Assembly: GCA_964016885.1 (NCBI GenBank) | Contig: OZ024762.1 | Location: 24,738,001-24,802,000 of the forward strand | Direction: 5' to 3' | DNA: 64,000 nucleotides | DNA from: Eledone cirrhosa | Taxonomy: Eukaryota | In this document: in pieces, positions 39,411-57,738 of the stretch | Layout: each line of letters starts with the position of its first letter | Numbering within the stretch: the stretch's first letter is position 1 | Position numbers and translations under genes: made by a program | Notes under the pieces: generated by a model | What the model was told of the DNA's origin: nothing | The model's input: only the letters and a program-made list of their open reading frames with translations | Databases searched by the model: none

Positions 39411-39885
39411 ACACACGACGTCTGTCGAAAAACGTATTCGTCGTTATTTCTGTCAATTGGCTTGGTGGTTAGAATGCACGATTGACAATCGCAAGGTGGT
39501 GGGTCATGGTTTGGAATTCTGGCGACGCGTTGTGTCCTTGAACAAGACACTTTATTTCACCTTTGTTCCAGTACACTCAACATGGAAACATATTCAACTT
39601 CATCTCCACCCATCCATGTTGGTTTAGTAGCCAGAGACGTATGATTGGCAATCGCAAGGTCATGGGTCGTGGGTCAGGTTTGGAACCCTAGCGACGCATT
39701 CTGTCCTTGAACAAGACACTTTATTTCACGTGCGTTCCAGTACACTCAACTTTATCTCCATCCCTGTTGGCTTAGTAACCCGAACGTTTGACTGGGAATT
39801 GTAAGGTCGTGTGTCGAATCCTGGTGACATATTGTATCCTTGAACAAGACACTTTATTTCACCTTCTGTTCCAGTCAACTTAACA
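39008..39885 (+). mobile_element. Tandem array of about 5 tRNA-SINE 5' modules
   Basis: Repeated TGGCTTAG..GCAATCGTAAG..TGTCCTTGAGCAAGACACTTTATTTCAC. Confidence 0.8.
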
Positions 39886-39975
39886 AAAAAAAAAAAAAAT
39901 GGTATTGTACGTGTAAATGCCCGGTCTTTGTACATACACTATAACACTCTTACACGTTAATTTCTGGAGTAACTA

Positions 39976-40144
39976 CCGTATTTCCCGGTGCCGAAGACGC
40001 TTCGTCCTCGAGGACGCACCCTAATTTTGACAACTAAAAATTTGAAAAAAAATTAATAAACAGCGTTCGGCCTCCAGGACGTATGGGAGATTTTTTAGAC
40101 TTATTTTAGGGAAAATGTAGAGTCTTCGACGCCGGGAAATACGG
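39976..40144. mobile_element. Tc1/mariner (pogo/Tc2-like) MITE
   Basis: TIRs CCGTATTTCCCGGTGCCGAAGAC / GTCTTCGACGCCGGGAAATACGG; TA TSD. Confidence 0.9.
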
Positions 40145-40364
40145 TATACAATTGTCACGCTCATCACCGAAAACGACGGAGGTCCATTCCACTCCAACCT
40201 CTTCCATTTTTTCTCAGTAATTATAGTCCAAGGCAAGGTGTAATTAAATTTCTTCAATAATAATTATTTTGTTATTGTTTTTATTAGAATCTCTGGCAAA
40301 AGAATCTCCAATAAAAGACTCACAGAATTCCTTGTGTGGGAACAGGTCTCTTTGTTGACACCGA

Positions 40365-41556
40365 CATAACAACAACAACAACAATCGTGACAACGCCAAT
40401 AGCACTAACAACAACAGTAATAACAGCAACAATAACAACAACAATGGCACTAGCAACAACAGTAATAACAGCAACAATAACAGCAACAATAACAACAACA
40501 ATAGCAGCAACAATAACAACGACAATGGCACTAGCAACAACAGTAATAACAGCAACAATAACAGCAACAATAACAACAACAATAGCAGCAACAATAACAA
40601 CGACAATGGCACTATCAACAACAGTAATAACAGCAACAATAACAACAACAATAGCAGCAACAATAACAACAACAATGGCACTAGCAACAACAGTAATAAC
40701 AGCAACAATAACAACAACAATAGCAGCAACAATAACAACAACAATGGCACTAGCAACAACAGTAATAACAGCAACAATAACAGCAACAATAACAACAACA
40801 ATAGCAGCAACAATAACAACAACAATGGCACTAGCAACAACAGTAATAACAGCAACAATAACAGCAACAATAACAACAACAATAGCAGCAACAATAACAA
40901 CAACAATGGCACTAGCAACAACAGTAATAACAGCAACAATAACAGCAACAATAACAACAACAATAGCAGCAACAATAACAACAACAATGGCACTAGCAAC
41001 AACAGTAATAACAGCAACAATAACAGCAACAATAACAACAACAATAGCAGCAACAATAACAACAACAATGGCACTAGCAACAACAGTAATAACAGCAACA
41101 ATGACAACAGCAATAACAACAACAATAGCAGCAGCAACAATAACAACAACAATGGCACTAGCAACAACAGTAATAACAGCAACAATGACAACAACAATAA
41201 CAACAACAATAGCAGCAGCAACAATAACAACAACAATGGCACTAGCAACAACAGTAATAACAGCAACAATGACAACAACAAAAACAACAACAATAGCAGC
41301 AGCAACAATAACAACAACAATAACAACAACAATAGCAGCAGTAACAATAACAACAACAATAACAACAACAATAGCAGCAGTAACAATAACAACAACAATA
41401 ACAACAACAATAGCAGCAGTAACAATAACAACGACAATAGCACTAGCAACAACAGTAATAACAACAACAATAACAACAACAATCACAGCATCAACTACAG
41501 CCACGACAACAGTAGTAACAAATACAACTACATCAACAACAGCATCAATTATAACC

Positions 41557-41587
<31 letters not shown>

Positions 41588-42485
41588 GAGCAGCAGCAAC
41601 AACAACTACAACAACCAGAACTACAGCAACAACAACAATCACCACCACAACAACAACAACAATAGCAACAACAACCACCACCACAACCACAACAACCACC
41701 ACAACCACAACAACCACCACAACAACAACCACAACAACAGCAACTACAACAACCACCACAACAGCAACAACATCCAACACAACAACAACCACCACCACCG
41801 CCACAACAACTACAACAAGAACAACAACAACCATAACAACCACAACAACAACAACAGCGACTACAACAACCACAACAACAACAGCAACAGCAGCAACAAC
41901 AACCACAACAACAACCAACAACAACAACAACCACCAACAACAACCACAACAACTACCAACAACAACAACCATCCACCACCACAACAACAACCACCACCAA
42001 CAACCAACAACAACAACAACAACCACCACCAACAACAACCACCACCACAACCACCACCACCACCACAACAACAAACACTACCACCACAACGACAACCACC
42101 ACAACAACAACAATCACCACCACCACAACAACAACCACAACAACAACCACCACGACCACCACAACAACAACAACAAACACTACCACCACGACAACAACCA
42201 CGACCACAACAACCATCAACAACAACAACCACGACCACCACAACAACAACAACCACCACCACCACAACAACAACAACAACCACGACCACCACAACAACAA
42301 CCACCACAACAACCACCACCACCACAACAACAACAAACACTACCACCACAACAACAGTCACCACAACAACAACCATCCACCACCACCACCACCACAACAA
42401 ACACTACAACAACAACCACCACAACAACAGCAATCACCACCACCACAACAACAACAAACACTACCACAACAACAACAGCAACAAA
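40365..42485. repeat. (ACA)n-derived repeat with 81/69-bp higher-order units
   Basis: ACAATGGCAC anchors at 40441, 40522, 40603, 40672, 40741, 40822, 40903, 40984, 41065. Confidence 0.9.
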
Positions 42486-42966
42486 AAACACTAAAGACAA
42501 ACAGATTTATGTGAGAGGCGTTATTGGCGAAGAGAAAAATATTAATATTTTCGTTTGTTTTGCTGTTCAAGGATCGAATCCTTAAAGTTGCCTAGAGAAC
42601 AAACAGAGAGCCAGGGTGTAGGTTGGGAGGTAGGCGCTGGTACGTGACCGCTCAGTTTGCTTCAAACCCCAAAGAAAACTTCAAAAGAATCCCTCTCCTC
42701 CTCTTTTCTACTCCCTCTTTTCACACATATTAACATACTAACAATCACGTTCAGACACACACACACACGCGTACACATATACACACGCACAAACGCACAC
42801 ACACACGTACACACATATACACACGCACAAACACACACACATACACGTACACACATATACACACGCACACACACACACACCAATTTACAAACAAAATAAA
42901 TTTGTGGAAAATAATATTCACGCAGACAGAAATTTTGATAAAAATAAATCCCAAATGAGAATAAAT

Positions 42967-43632
42967 GTTTCTATTTCTGGCACAAGGCCAGCAATTATCC
43001 CAGTACATTTCTGGTACATTATTTTATCGACCCCGTAAGGATGAAAAGCAAAGTTAACCTCGGCGGGATTTGAACTCAGAACGCAAGGGGCCATAACGCT
43101 ATGCTACAAGGCACGGTGCCCAACGCTCTACTGATTCTGCCTGATTCTACTTTTGGCACAATACCAGCAAATACCCCAGTACATTACTGGTATTTTATTT
43201 TATCGACCCCGTAAGGATGAAAAGCAAAGCCAAACTCGGCGGGATTTGAACTCAGTCTGTAAAAGGCCATAACACTATGCTGAAAAGCATGGCGTCCGAC
43301 CCTCTACCGATACTGCTAATAATAATGATTCCTTTATTAACCACAAAGGGTCTACATGAAGAAAACCATTGTGACAGTACAGGACGGAAACAGAGAGTTC
43401 GTGCGTTCGTGTGTGGGTTTTGAGTGTTAACACATTTATATAATGTTTCTACTATAGGCACGAGGCCAGCAATTAGCCCAGTGTATTACTGGTACTTTAT
43501 TTTATCGACCCCGTAAGGATGAAAGGCAAAGTTAATCTCGGTGGGATTTGAACTCAGATCAGACCGTAAAGGGGCGTAACACTATGCTGCAAGGCATGGC
43601 GTCCGACCCTCTAGCGATACTGCCAATCCATC
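42967..43632 (-). mobile_element. Three Meta-core SINE copies
   Basis: Core motif at about 43025, 43200 and 43500. Confidence 0.85.
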
Positions 43633-43637
43633 GAGTA

Positions 43638-44232
43638 TAATGATAATAATGATGATGGTGATGATGGTGATAATGAAGTTAATGAGGAAGAGGACAACGT
43701 TGATGGTGATGATGATGATGATAATGAAGTTAATGAGAAGGAGGAAAACGTTGATGGTGATGATGATGATGGCGATGATGAAAATGATGATGATGATGAT
43801 GATAGCGATGATGAAAATGATGATGATGATGATGATGATAGCGATGATGAAAATGATAATGATGTTAATGATGGCGATGGTGATAATGATGATGATGATG
43901 GTGATGATGGAAATGATGATGATGATCATCATGGTGACGATGATGATGATGATGATGAGAAGGAAAATAACGTTGATGATGGTGATGGTGATGATGATGG
44001 TGATGATGATGATGATGATGGTGATGATGATGGTGATGATGGTGATGATGATGATGATGATGGTGATGATGATGTTAATGATGGCGATGGTGATAATGAT
44101 GATGATGATGGTGATGATGGAAATGATGATGATGATGATGATAATGATCATCATGGTGACGATGATGATGATGATGAGAAGGAAAATAACGTTGATGATG
44201 GTGATGGTGATGATGGTGATGGTGATGATAAC
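43638..44232. repeat. (GAT)n microsatellite with duplicated blocks
   Basis: Direct inspection. Confidence 0.9.
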
Positions 44233-44353
44233 GACAATAGGGCTGATTAGAATAATAATAATTAGAATTATAACTTTATTATTTCTTTGTTTTTTAATTG
44301 TTAGAAGGGCGACGGTTGAATGGACATCAGAGGGACAAATTGCCAAAAAATGG

Positions 44354-45626
44354 CGAGAGGGTGGGTGTTTTGTGAGAGGGTGGGTGTTTTGCGATAGGGT
44401 GGGTGTTTTGTGAGAGGGTGGGTGTTTTGCGAGAGGGTGGGTGTTTTGTGAGAGGGTGGGTGTTTTGCGATAGGGTGGGTGTTTTGTGAGAGGGTGGGTG
44501 TTTTGTGAGAGGGTGGGTGTTTTGCGATAGGGTGGGTGTTTTGTGAGAGGGTGGGTGTTTTGTGAGAGGGTGGGTGTTTTGCGATAGGGTGGGTGTTTTG
44601 TGAGAGGGTGGGTGTTTTGCGATAGGGTGGGTGTTTTGTGAGAGGGTGGGTGTTTTGTGAGAGGGTGGGTGTTTTGCGATAGGGTGGGTGTTTTGTGAGA
44701 GGGTGGGTGTTTTGCGATAGGGTGGGTGTTTTGTGAGAGGGTGGGTGTTTTGTGATAGAGTGGGTGTTTTGCAATAGGGTGGGTGTTTTGCGATAGGGTG
44801 GGTGTTTTGTGAGAGGGTGGGTGTTTTGTGAGAGGGTGGGTGTTTTGTGATAGAGTGGGTGTTTTGCGATAGGGTGGGTGTTTTGTGAGAGGGTGGGTGT
44901 TTTGTGAGAGGGTGGGTGTTTTGCGATAGGGTGGGTGTTTTGTGAGAGGGTGGGTGTTTTGCGAGAGGGTGGGTGTTTTGTGATAGAGTGGGTGTTTTGC
45001 GATAGGGTGGGTGTTTTGTGAGAGGGTGGGTGTTTTGTGAGAGGGTGGGTGTTTTGCGATAGGGTGGGTGTTTTGTGAGAGGGTGGGTGTTTTGCGATAG
45101 GGTGGGTGTTTTGTGAGAGGGTGGGTGTTTTGTGAGAGGGTGGGTGTTTTGCGATAGGGTGGGTGTTTTGCGATAGGGTGGGTGTTTTGTGAGAGGGTGG
45201 GTGTTTTGCGATAGGGTGGGTGTTTTGTGAGAGGGTGGGTGTTTTGTGAGAGGGTGGGTGTTTTGCGATAGGGTGGGTGTTTTGTGAGAGGGTGGGTGTT
45301 TTGCGATAGGGTGGGTGTTTTGCGATAGGGTGGGTGTTTTGTGAGTGGGTGGGTGTTTTGTGAGTGCGTGGGTGTTTTGCGATAGGGTGGGTGTTTTGCG
45401 ATAGGGTGGGTGTTTTGTGAGAGGGTGGGTATTTTGCGATAGGGTGGGTGTTTTGTGAGAGGGTGGGTATTTTGCGATAGGGTGGGTGTTTTGTGAGAGG
45501 GTTGGTGTTTTGCGATAGGGTGGGTGTTTTGTGAGTGGGTGGGTGTTTTGTGAGTGGGTGGGTGTTTTGCGATAGGGTGGGTGTTTTGTGAGAGGGTGGG
45601 TGTTTTGCGATAGGATGGGTGTTTTG
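44354..45626 (+). repeat. 19-bp minisatellite, about 67 copies
   Basis: Units GAGAGGGTGGGTGTTTTGT / GATAGGGTGGGTGTTTTGC. Confidence 0.95.
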
Positions 45627-45819
45627 GCAAAGAATCGATTATTAGAAAACAGGAAGAGAATAATACACTAATAAAAAAAAATAAAAAAATGAAAAAGCAC
45701 CTGCATAAAAGAAAGGTCAGCATTATTAGGTTGCTTAATAAAACCCACTAATTAATGATCCTGCTAGTTTACTCTGACTGCTAATAGTGTGTGGCCTTTC
45801 TCAGCTCTGCTCTCATCGA

Positions 45820-46900
45820 TAGCGGTCCCCAACCATCGAGCCCTGGACCGGTACCTCTCTGTGGATCATTTGTTACTGGGTCGCAAAGAAATAATTAACT
45901 TGTTTAAAATTATATAATAGAGTTTCTACTTTTGGCGCAAGGCCAGCAATTACCCCAGTGCATCACCGGTACTTTATTTTATCGACCCCGTAAGGATGAA
46001 AGGCAAAATTAACCTCGGCGGATTTGAACTCAGAACTCAAAGGGCCATAACTCTATGCTGCAAAGCATGGTGTCTGGCGCTCTACCGATACTGCCAAACC
46101 ACCGACCTGAAATTATATAATATATAAATATATAATAGATAAATTGATTATTGGGCTTCAAATAAAAAAAATGATTTTTTTAAATATTCAATATTCATAT
46201 ACGTTAATGAATTGCTCTTTTTATTATTGCTCTCTTTATCGAAATACACTTACATAACTACCACTTTGACGCTAAACTCCGCCAGTTGCAGACATGAGAT
46301 ATTTTTCTCCACAAAGTTCGATCGCCAACAGCAGAGTTTAAAAACCAAAGATCAAGTCCAGTCCATAGGTTGACATTATCAAGCCATCGTTTTGGCTGCC
46401 GGCCTCTGCTTCTCTTACCAGTCAACCTTCCTTCCAGGAATATATAATATCTTTCGATCACCAACAGCAGAGTTTAAAGAGCAAAGATCAAGTCCAGTCC
46501 ATAGGTTGACATTAACAAGCCATCGTTTTGGCTGCCGGCCTCTGCTTCTCTTACCAGTCAACCTTCCTTCCAGGAATATATAATATCTTTCGATCACCAA
46601 CAGCAGAGTTTAAAGAGCAAAGATCAAGTCCAGTCCATAGGTTGACATTATCAATCCATCGTTTTGGCTGCCGGCCACTGCTTCTCTTACCAGCCAACCT
46701 TCCTTCCAGGCATAACCTCTCACACCACGAGTTGATCTTTTTATATGACCGTATAGTTTGAGTACTCTTGACTTGACAATTAATATAATTGGTCTAAGTC
46801 TGGTAATGTTGAGCAGCTCACATATGTGCAACTACCGCTCCACAGAAAGATTGTCTGACCTGAAGCAGGTCAGTGGTATAAAAAAGGTTGGAGACCACTG
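45820..46900. mobile_element. hAT (Charlie-like) MITE containing a nested SINE (45922-46106) and an RTE fragment
   Basis: TIRs TAGCGGTCCCCAACC / GGTTGGAGACCACTG; decayed TSD. Confidence 0.7.
46250..46835 (-). pseudogene. RTE-clade LINE 3' fragment with 136-bp triplication
   Basis: VLKLYGHIKR...EGRLTGKRSRGRQPKRWLDNV...DRTLWR; unit starts at 46318, 46454, 46590. Confidence 0.88.
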
Positions 46901-47660
46901 CTCTATAATATATGAAGTGCCCAAATAGAAAGCTCAGCATTTTGAGGTTACTCAACAAAATCCCTCAAAGATCATGCTGGATCTTTGAGGGTTTTGCTTT
47001 AGTGTGTGGTCTTTCTCACCTCTGTCCTGTACAATATATAACATGCTCTAATAGTAAGATCAGCATTCTGAGGTTACTCAACAAACCTCGCAAAGATCCA
47101 TCTGGGTTATTTTACTGCTAACTGTTTTTTTCTCTCCCAATTCTCTCATCTACGATACTAGAATTTATGAGATGCCCTAATAGAAAGGTCAGCAAACTGA
47201 GGTTAATCAAGACAAAACCCTAAAGGCCCTGCTGGGTTAATGTTACCGCTAATAGTATGTTGTCTTTCCTATCTCTGCCCTGTGCAATATATAAAGTACC
47301 CTAATAAAAAGGCAAGCATTATGAGATTACACAACAAAAAGCCTCAAAGATTATTCTGAATGTTTGAGGGTTTTATTTTAGTGTGTAGACCTTTTCAGCT
47401 CTGTCCTGTACAATATATAAAGTGCCCTAATAAAAAGGCCAGCAATTTGAGGTTACTCAAGAAACCTTGCAAAGATCCTCTTGGGTTATCTTTACCGTTA
47501 ATAGTGTGTGGTCTTTCTCAGCTGTGTCCTCTAAGATATATAAGATGCCCGAATAGAATGGTTAGCATTATGAGGTTACACTATAAAACCTCCCAAAGTT
47601 CCTCCCGTGTTACTCTTTCAACTAATAGTGTGTGGTCTTTCTCGGCACTGTCCTCTACGA
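46901..47660 (+). repeat. Diverged tandem repeat of about 120 bp (also 45695-45819 and a solo copy 17620-17740 -)
   Basis: Recurrent AGTGTGTGGTCTTTCTC...ATATATAAGATGCCCTAATAGAAAGGTCAGCATTATGAGGTTACTCAA. Confidence 0.8.
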
Positions 47661-47850
47661 TAGCGGTCGTCTACCAAGTGGTCCGCAGACCACTTGGTGG
47701 GCCTAGAGAAATGTTGGTAGTCCGCAGAAAAATTTAATGTAACCGAATATTTGTTTTATTATCAATAAAACATAAAAATTGCAAATGTCGAAATTTTTCT
47801 GGGGTCCAACAAAAATGTTTCTCTTCAGTAAAGAACTTACATCCATGAAA
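47661..47850 (+). mobile_element. Degenerate hAT MITE left end
   Basis: TAGCGGTCGTCTACCAAGTGGTCCGCAGACCAC...GTCCGCAG subterminal motifs. Confidence 0.5.
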
Positions 47851-47981
47851 GCATTTTACACATATGTATCATCTATCGACAATATGACAAACGTACAAAA
47901 GTATTGTTTAATAAAATGGAAGTTATCTGATTATTATTTTACAAATGTATTCATCTTTAAAAAAAAAAAAAATCATATTAG

Positions 47982-48492
47982 TGCCAGTAATGCACTTGGG
48001 TCGATTTAATCTACTTTCCCCTCCGCCAAAATTGCTGACCTTGTGGCTATAATAGAAATCATTATTATTGTTATTATTGGTAGATTATCAGGCGATGTAT
48101 TGGCAGTATCGGTAGAGGGTCGGACGCCATGCTTTCCAGGATAGTTACGTCCCTTTACAGACTGAGTTCAAATTCCGCCGAGGTTGACTTTGCCTTTCAT
48201 CCTTACGGGGTCGATAAAATAAAGTACCAGTGATGTACTGGGTAATTGCTGGCCTTGTGCCAAAAGCAGAAACAATTATTATTATTATTGGTGGATTATT
48301 ATTGGCACGGTGGATTGGCAGTATCGGTAGAGAGTCGAACGCCATGCTTTGAAGCATAGAGTTACGGCCCTTTACGATCTGAGTTCAAATCCCGCCGAGG
48401 TTAACTTTGCCTTTAATCCTTACGGGGTCGATAAAATAAAGTACCAGTAATGTAGTGGGTAATTGCTGGCCTTGTGCCTAAAGTAGAAACAA
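47982..48492 (+). mobile_element. Tandem Meta-core SINEs (one 3' fragment plus two near-full copies)
   Basis: TGGCAGTATCGGTAGAG A-box, GTTCAAATTCC B-box, core, (ATT)n tails. Confidence 0.9.
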
Positions 48493-48720
48493 TTATTATT
48501 ACCATTATTATATGTCGGCAGACGAAAGTGGCTGTCACCAGTCCTCACAAGATTGTCCAGTAGACATTCGCTTTTGTTTAGAAAAAACACCGCAAGGTGT
48601 TTTATCCGGCGCTCATGATTTTCTGTTAGTCTAGCTTCCTAAAAACAATATTAACAACAACAACAACGCAACAATGACGAGGTTGTATAATAGTATAGTA
48701 ACAAAGAATTAAAAATTCTG

Positions 48721-50765
<2,045 letters not shown>

Positions 50766-50991
50766 GTAAATATATAGACTTTTTCTCTTAGCTATTATAA
50801 ATCATTGTGCCAGACAGTTGTTTGAAATATATTACCTATATAGGAAACAAAGAAACAACAACAACAACAACAACACCACCACCACCACCACCAACAACAA
50901 CAACAACTACCAGATGATAGAAATAATGGAAATATACCAAAAGAAAAAATCTAAACTCAATATATACATACATACACACACACACACACAC

Positions 50992-51038
<47 letters not shown>

Positions 51039-51068
51039 ATATATATATACTGTATATATATATGTGTA

Positions 51069-51114
<46 letters not shown>

Positions 51115-51187
51115 TATATTCTTCAGAGCTAAGAATGTATCTGAAGTTTCTCTTGTGTGCCCCTCTCTCTTTGTCTTTCTATAAGCA

Positions 51188-51235
<48 letters not shown>

Positions 51236-51249
51236 AATACATACACACT

Positions 51250-51300
<51 letters not shown>

Positions 51301-51303
<3 letters not shown>

Positions 51304-51790
51304 GCCGGAGTTTCGCTTTTAGCTTTCTCCGATTATGTATTTATATATAAATATATATACTATTTGCCTATATCTTTATATATATATATATATATTTCGT
51401 TTCTGAATTTGGTTAGCAAGATTCTTTATCTGAAAACGTGTGTTGAAACCGATATTGTTAAGCTTTGGGAGGGTGATGTTGCCAATAAGTAACACACGCA
51501 CCAGTTGATTTTGTGTGTGTACACACAAAAACAAGATGGCGTAGGACAGAACAAAGGAGAGGCACAAAACAAAGAAAAGAATCCCCAGTCACTGAAGATG
51601 TCACAAAATGCGTGACGAAAGAACTTTGACAATATATGAACAACCGTCCGTTTATGGAACCAACCAACCAACCAACCGGAAATTTATGAATTCTTAAATT
51701 TATAAATTTAATTTATAATAAATTGGAGTGAAAGCACTGGTGCGTGTGTTCCTTATTGGCAACATGACCCTCCCAAAGTATAACAATATA
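51301..51790 (+). mobile_element. Naiad-related pLTR mini-element with inverted arm (51301-51504)
   Basis: 51450-51504 inverts 51737-51789; homologous to 29790-30110. Confidence 0.8.
51588..51630 (+). ncRNA. Type-I hammerhead ribozyme
   Basis: gtca-CTGAAGA-t-gtcac aaaatgc gtgac-GAAA-gaac-TT-tgac; helices covary relative to the 29832-29873 copy. Confidence 0.88.
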
Positions 51791-51791
51791 C

Positions 51792-51822
<31 letters not shown>

Positions 51823-51834
51823 AATATATATATT

Positions 51835-54720
<2,886 letters not shown>

Positions 54721-54920
54721 NNNNNNNNNNNNNNNNNNNNNNNNNNNNNNNNNNNNNNNNNNNNNNNNNNNNNNNNNNNNNNNNNNNNNNNNNNNNNNNN
54801 NNNNNNNNNNNNNNNNNNNNNNNNNNNNNNNNNNNNNNNNNNNNNNNNNNNNNNNNNNNNNNNNNNNNNNNNNNNNNNNNNNNNNNNNNNNNNNNNNNNN
54901 NNNNNNNNNNNNNNNNNNNN
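54721..54920. other. Assembly gap (200 N)
   Basis: N run. Confidence 1.
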
Positions 54921-55291
54921 GTTCGATGCTGCGACAATAGCCACCAGCGATGTGTGTCAAATGGCTATTAAGATAAGTGTGTGTGTGTGTGTGCGTACAT
55001 ACACACAGCAGAGTCATTCGAAGGTCAAAAGATATTTTTCAGCTTTTGTCTTATACGGAGAAGTGCGTGTGTGTGTGTGTGTATAAGTCTCTTTGTATGT
55101 TGATGTACGCGTGTGTATGTGTCTGTGTAATATGTGTGTGTGTGTGTGTGTGCGTGTGTGGGTGGACCAGTATTTTTTTCCCCCCTGGTAAAATGGTGTA
55201 CATTATTCGATTTTTTCAGTAAAATCGGTTCTCTTAATAGAACATCAACAATCTTAACAATAAAAGGTGTGAAATGATATTCACTATATAT

Positions 55292-55325
<34 letters not shown>

Positions 55326-55499
55326 TTTCACTACATATATACATATATATATATACATATATACATACATATATATGCACATATATTTTTTTGTATTGCA
55401 CCATAGAGCATGTGTGTTTACGTGTGTCATTGTGTTTATATGTGGGTAGAGATGTGTGCTGATGTAGGTATGTATGTTGACGTGTGTATGTTGTGGGTT

Positions 55500-56332
55500 C
55501 GTCTTAGGGAGAAGTGTTTAGACGGGGTCCGTATTTGTTAATGAAGTAAGATTCCCTTGCTGATGCGCTGGGTGTGGGTGGCATTATCTTTAAATTTGTA
55601 GAGGGGAAAGATTCTGAAGTTGGGATGATTTTGGGCGGCGCAGGTATCAATGTGTTCACTCAGTGGTATTTTCCTGTATTCCCGTATTTTAATTTGGGAT
55701 CTATGGACAGTCATGCGTTGGCGGAGGCTGTTTTTGGTCTGGCCTATGTATTGTTCTCGACAACCTGAACAAGTTAATACATATATTAAATTTTCCGATG
55801 CACATGTGAAATTGTGTTTTACTATAAAACGTTGTCCATCTTTGAAATAGAATTCCGAACCCTCTATTAGGTTGATGCAAATGCCACAGTTGGGTCTATC
55901 GCATTTTTTTACTGTGGGTTTCGTTGTTGTGGTTGGCAGTACTTTGGCATGTGTTAAGATGTTTTTCATTGACTTGGATTGTCTTTTGCTCTTTATGATA
56001 TCGTGTGTTCGTAGAATTTGGTTCATTCTATGGTCCTTTTTCAATACAGGGATGTTCTGGAGGATGGTGTCAAAGGCCTCGTTGTTGAGGGGGTTGTGTG
56101 TGGTGATGTATGGAAGAGCTTTTAGTTTTGGTTGATTTACTTTAGGGGTGTCTAAGGTCCTGGGTACTGAGTTTTAGGGCACGTTGGATTCCATTGTCAA
56201 TTAGTGATGCAGGGTAGTCCCTGCCTATGAGTGTGTCCTTTAGTTCTTGTAGCCGTAAGTAGCAGATGTTTTTATTGGAGACTATAGTACAGATTCTCTT
56301 GGCTAAGTTGTAGGGAATATTAATTTTAACGT
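55500..56332 (-). pseudogene. Inverted copy of the PLE thumb plus GIY-YIG domain (frameshifted)
   Basis: ORFs 56142-56366 and 55538-56044 match the + copy protein; 1-nt homopolymer indels. Confidence 0.85.
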
Positions 56333-56346
56333 ATGCCAACCTAGTC

Positions 56347-57696
56347 ATGGGATACCTGGAAATCACCCTCTACACTAAAGTCCTAAACAAATTTGGAAAC
56401 ACCCTCCACTTACACATTGAAAGGAACTGGAAGCGATATCTTGATGACTGCTTCATCCTTTGGCACGAAAACATCGAAAAACTTAAAGAATTTCACACCC
56501 TTATAAATGGGCTCAACACAAATATTAACTTCACGATGGAATACAGCCATCAACAACTCCCCTTCCTCGACATCCTCATTAAGATCCATAACAAAAAAAT
56601 AGAAACAGACATATACTACAAGCCCACAGACTCCAAGCAATACCTCCCCTTCAACTCTTGCCACCCTAGACACGTTAAAATTAATATTCCCTACAACTTA
56701 GCCAAGAGAATCTGTACTATAGTCTCCAATAAAAACATCTGCTACTTACGGCTACAAGAACTAAAGGACACACTCATAGGCAGGGACTACCCTGCATCAC
56801 TAATTGACAATGGAATCCAACGTGCCCTAAAACTCAGTACCCAGGACCTTAGACACCCTAAAGTAAATCAACCAAAACTAAAAGCTCTTCCATACATCAC
56901 CACACACAACCCCCTCAACAACGAGGCCTTTGACACCATCCTCCAGAACATCCCTGTATTGAAAAAGGACCATAGAATGAACCAAATTCTACGAACACAC
57001 GATATCATAAAGAGCAAAAGACAATCCAAGTCAATGAAAAACATCTTAACACATGCCAAAGTACTGCCAACCACAACAACGAAACCCACAGTAAAAAAAT
57101 GCGATAGACCCAACTGTGGCATTTGCATCAACCTAATAGAGGGTTCGGAATTCTATTTCAAAGATGGACAACGTTTTATAGTAAAACACAATTTCACATG
57201 TGCATCGGAAAATTTAATATATGTATTAACTTGTTCAGGTTGTCGAGAACAATACATAGGCCAGACCAAAAACAGCCTCCGCCAACGCATGACTGTCCAT
57301 AGATCCCAAATTAAAATACGGGAATACAGGAAAATACCACTGAGTGAACACATTGATACCTGCGCCGCCCAAAATCATCCCAACTTCAGAATCTTTCCCC
57401 TCTACAAATTTAAAGATAATGCCACCCACACCCAGCTAATGCCACCCACACCCAGGCGCATCAGCAAGGAATCTTACTTCATTAACAAATACGGACCCCG
57501 TCTAACACTTCTCCCTAAGACGAACCCACAACATACACACGTCAACATACATACCTACATCAGCACACATCTCTACCCACATATAAACACAATGACACAC
57601 GTAAACACACATGCTCTATGGTGCAATACAAAAAAATATATGTGCATATATATGTATGTATATATGTATATATATATATGTATATATGTAGTGAAA

Positions 57697-57730
<34 letters not shown>

Positions 57731-57738
57731 ATATATAG
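56347..57738 (+). CDS. Penelope-like RT (motifs 5-7, thumb) plus Cys linker plus GIY-YIG endonuclease, 5'-truncated
   Basis: (TYANLV)MGYLE, WKRYLDDCF, LPFLD, YYKPTD..YL..SCHP, CDRPNCGIC, LIYVLTCSGCREQYIGQT..LRQRMTVH; true C-terminus probably near 57520 and read-through likely caused by indels. Confidence 0.92.

Noticed and set aside
40336-42585. 749-aa Thr-rich mucin/antifreeze-like ORF
   Set aside because: (ACA)n-derived and open in several frames, with a GTG start; cannot be supported without expression data
28440-42594. Scattered possible micro-exons (28440, 33885, 35385, 40218, 40288, 42572)
   Set aside because: Weak donors, equally plausible on either strand, phases not consistently joinable and no recognisable product
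43582-45723. 713-aa ORF
   Set aside because: 19-bp minisatellite plus (ATC)n
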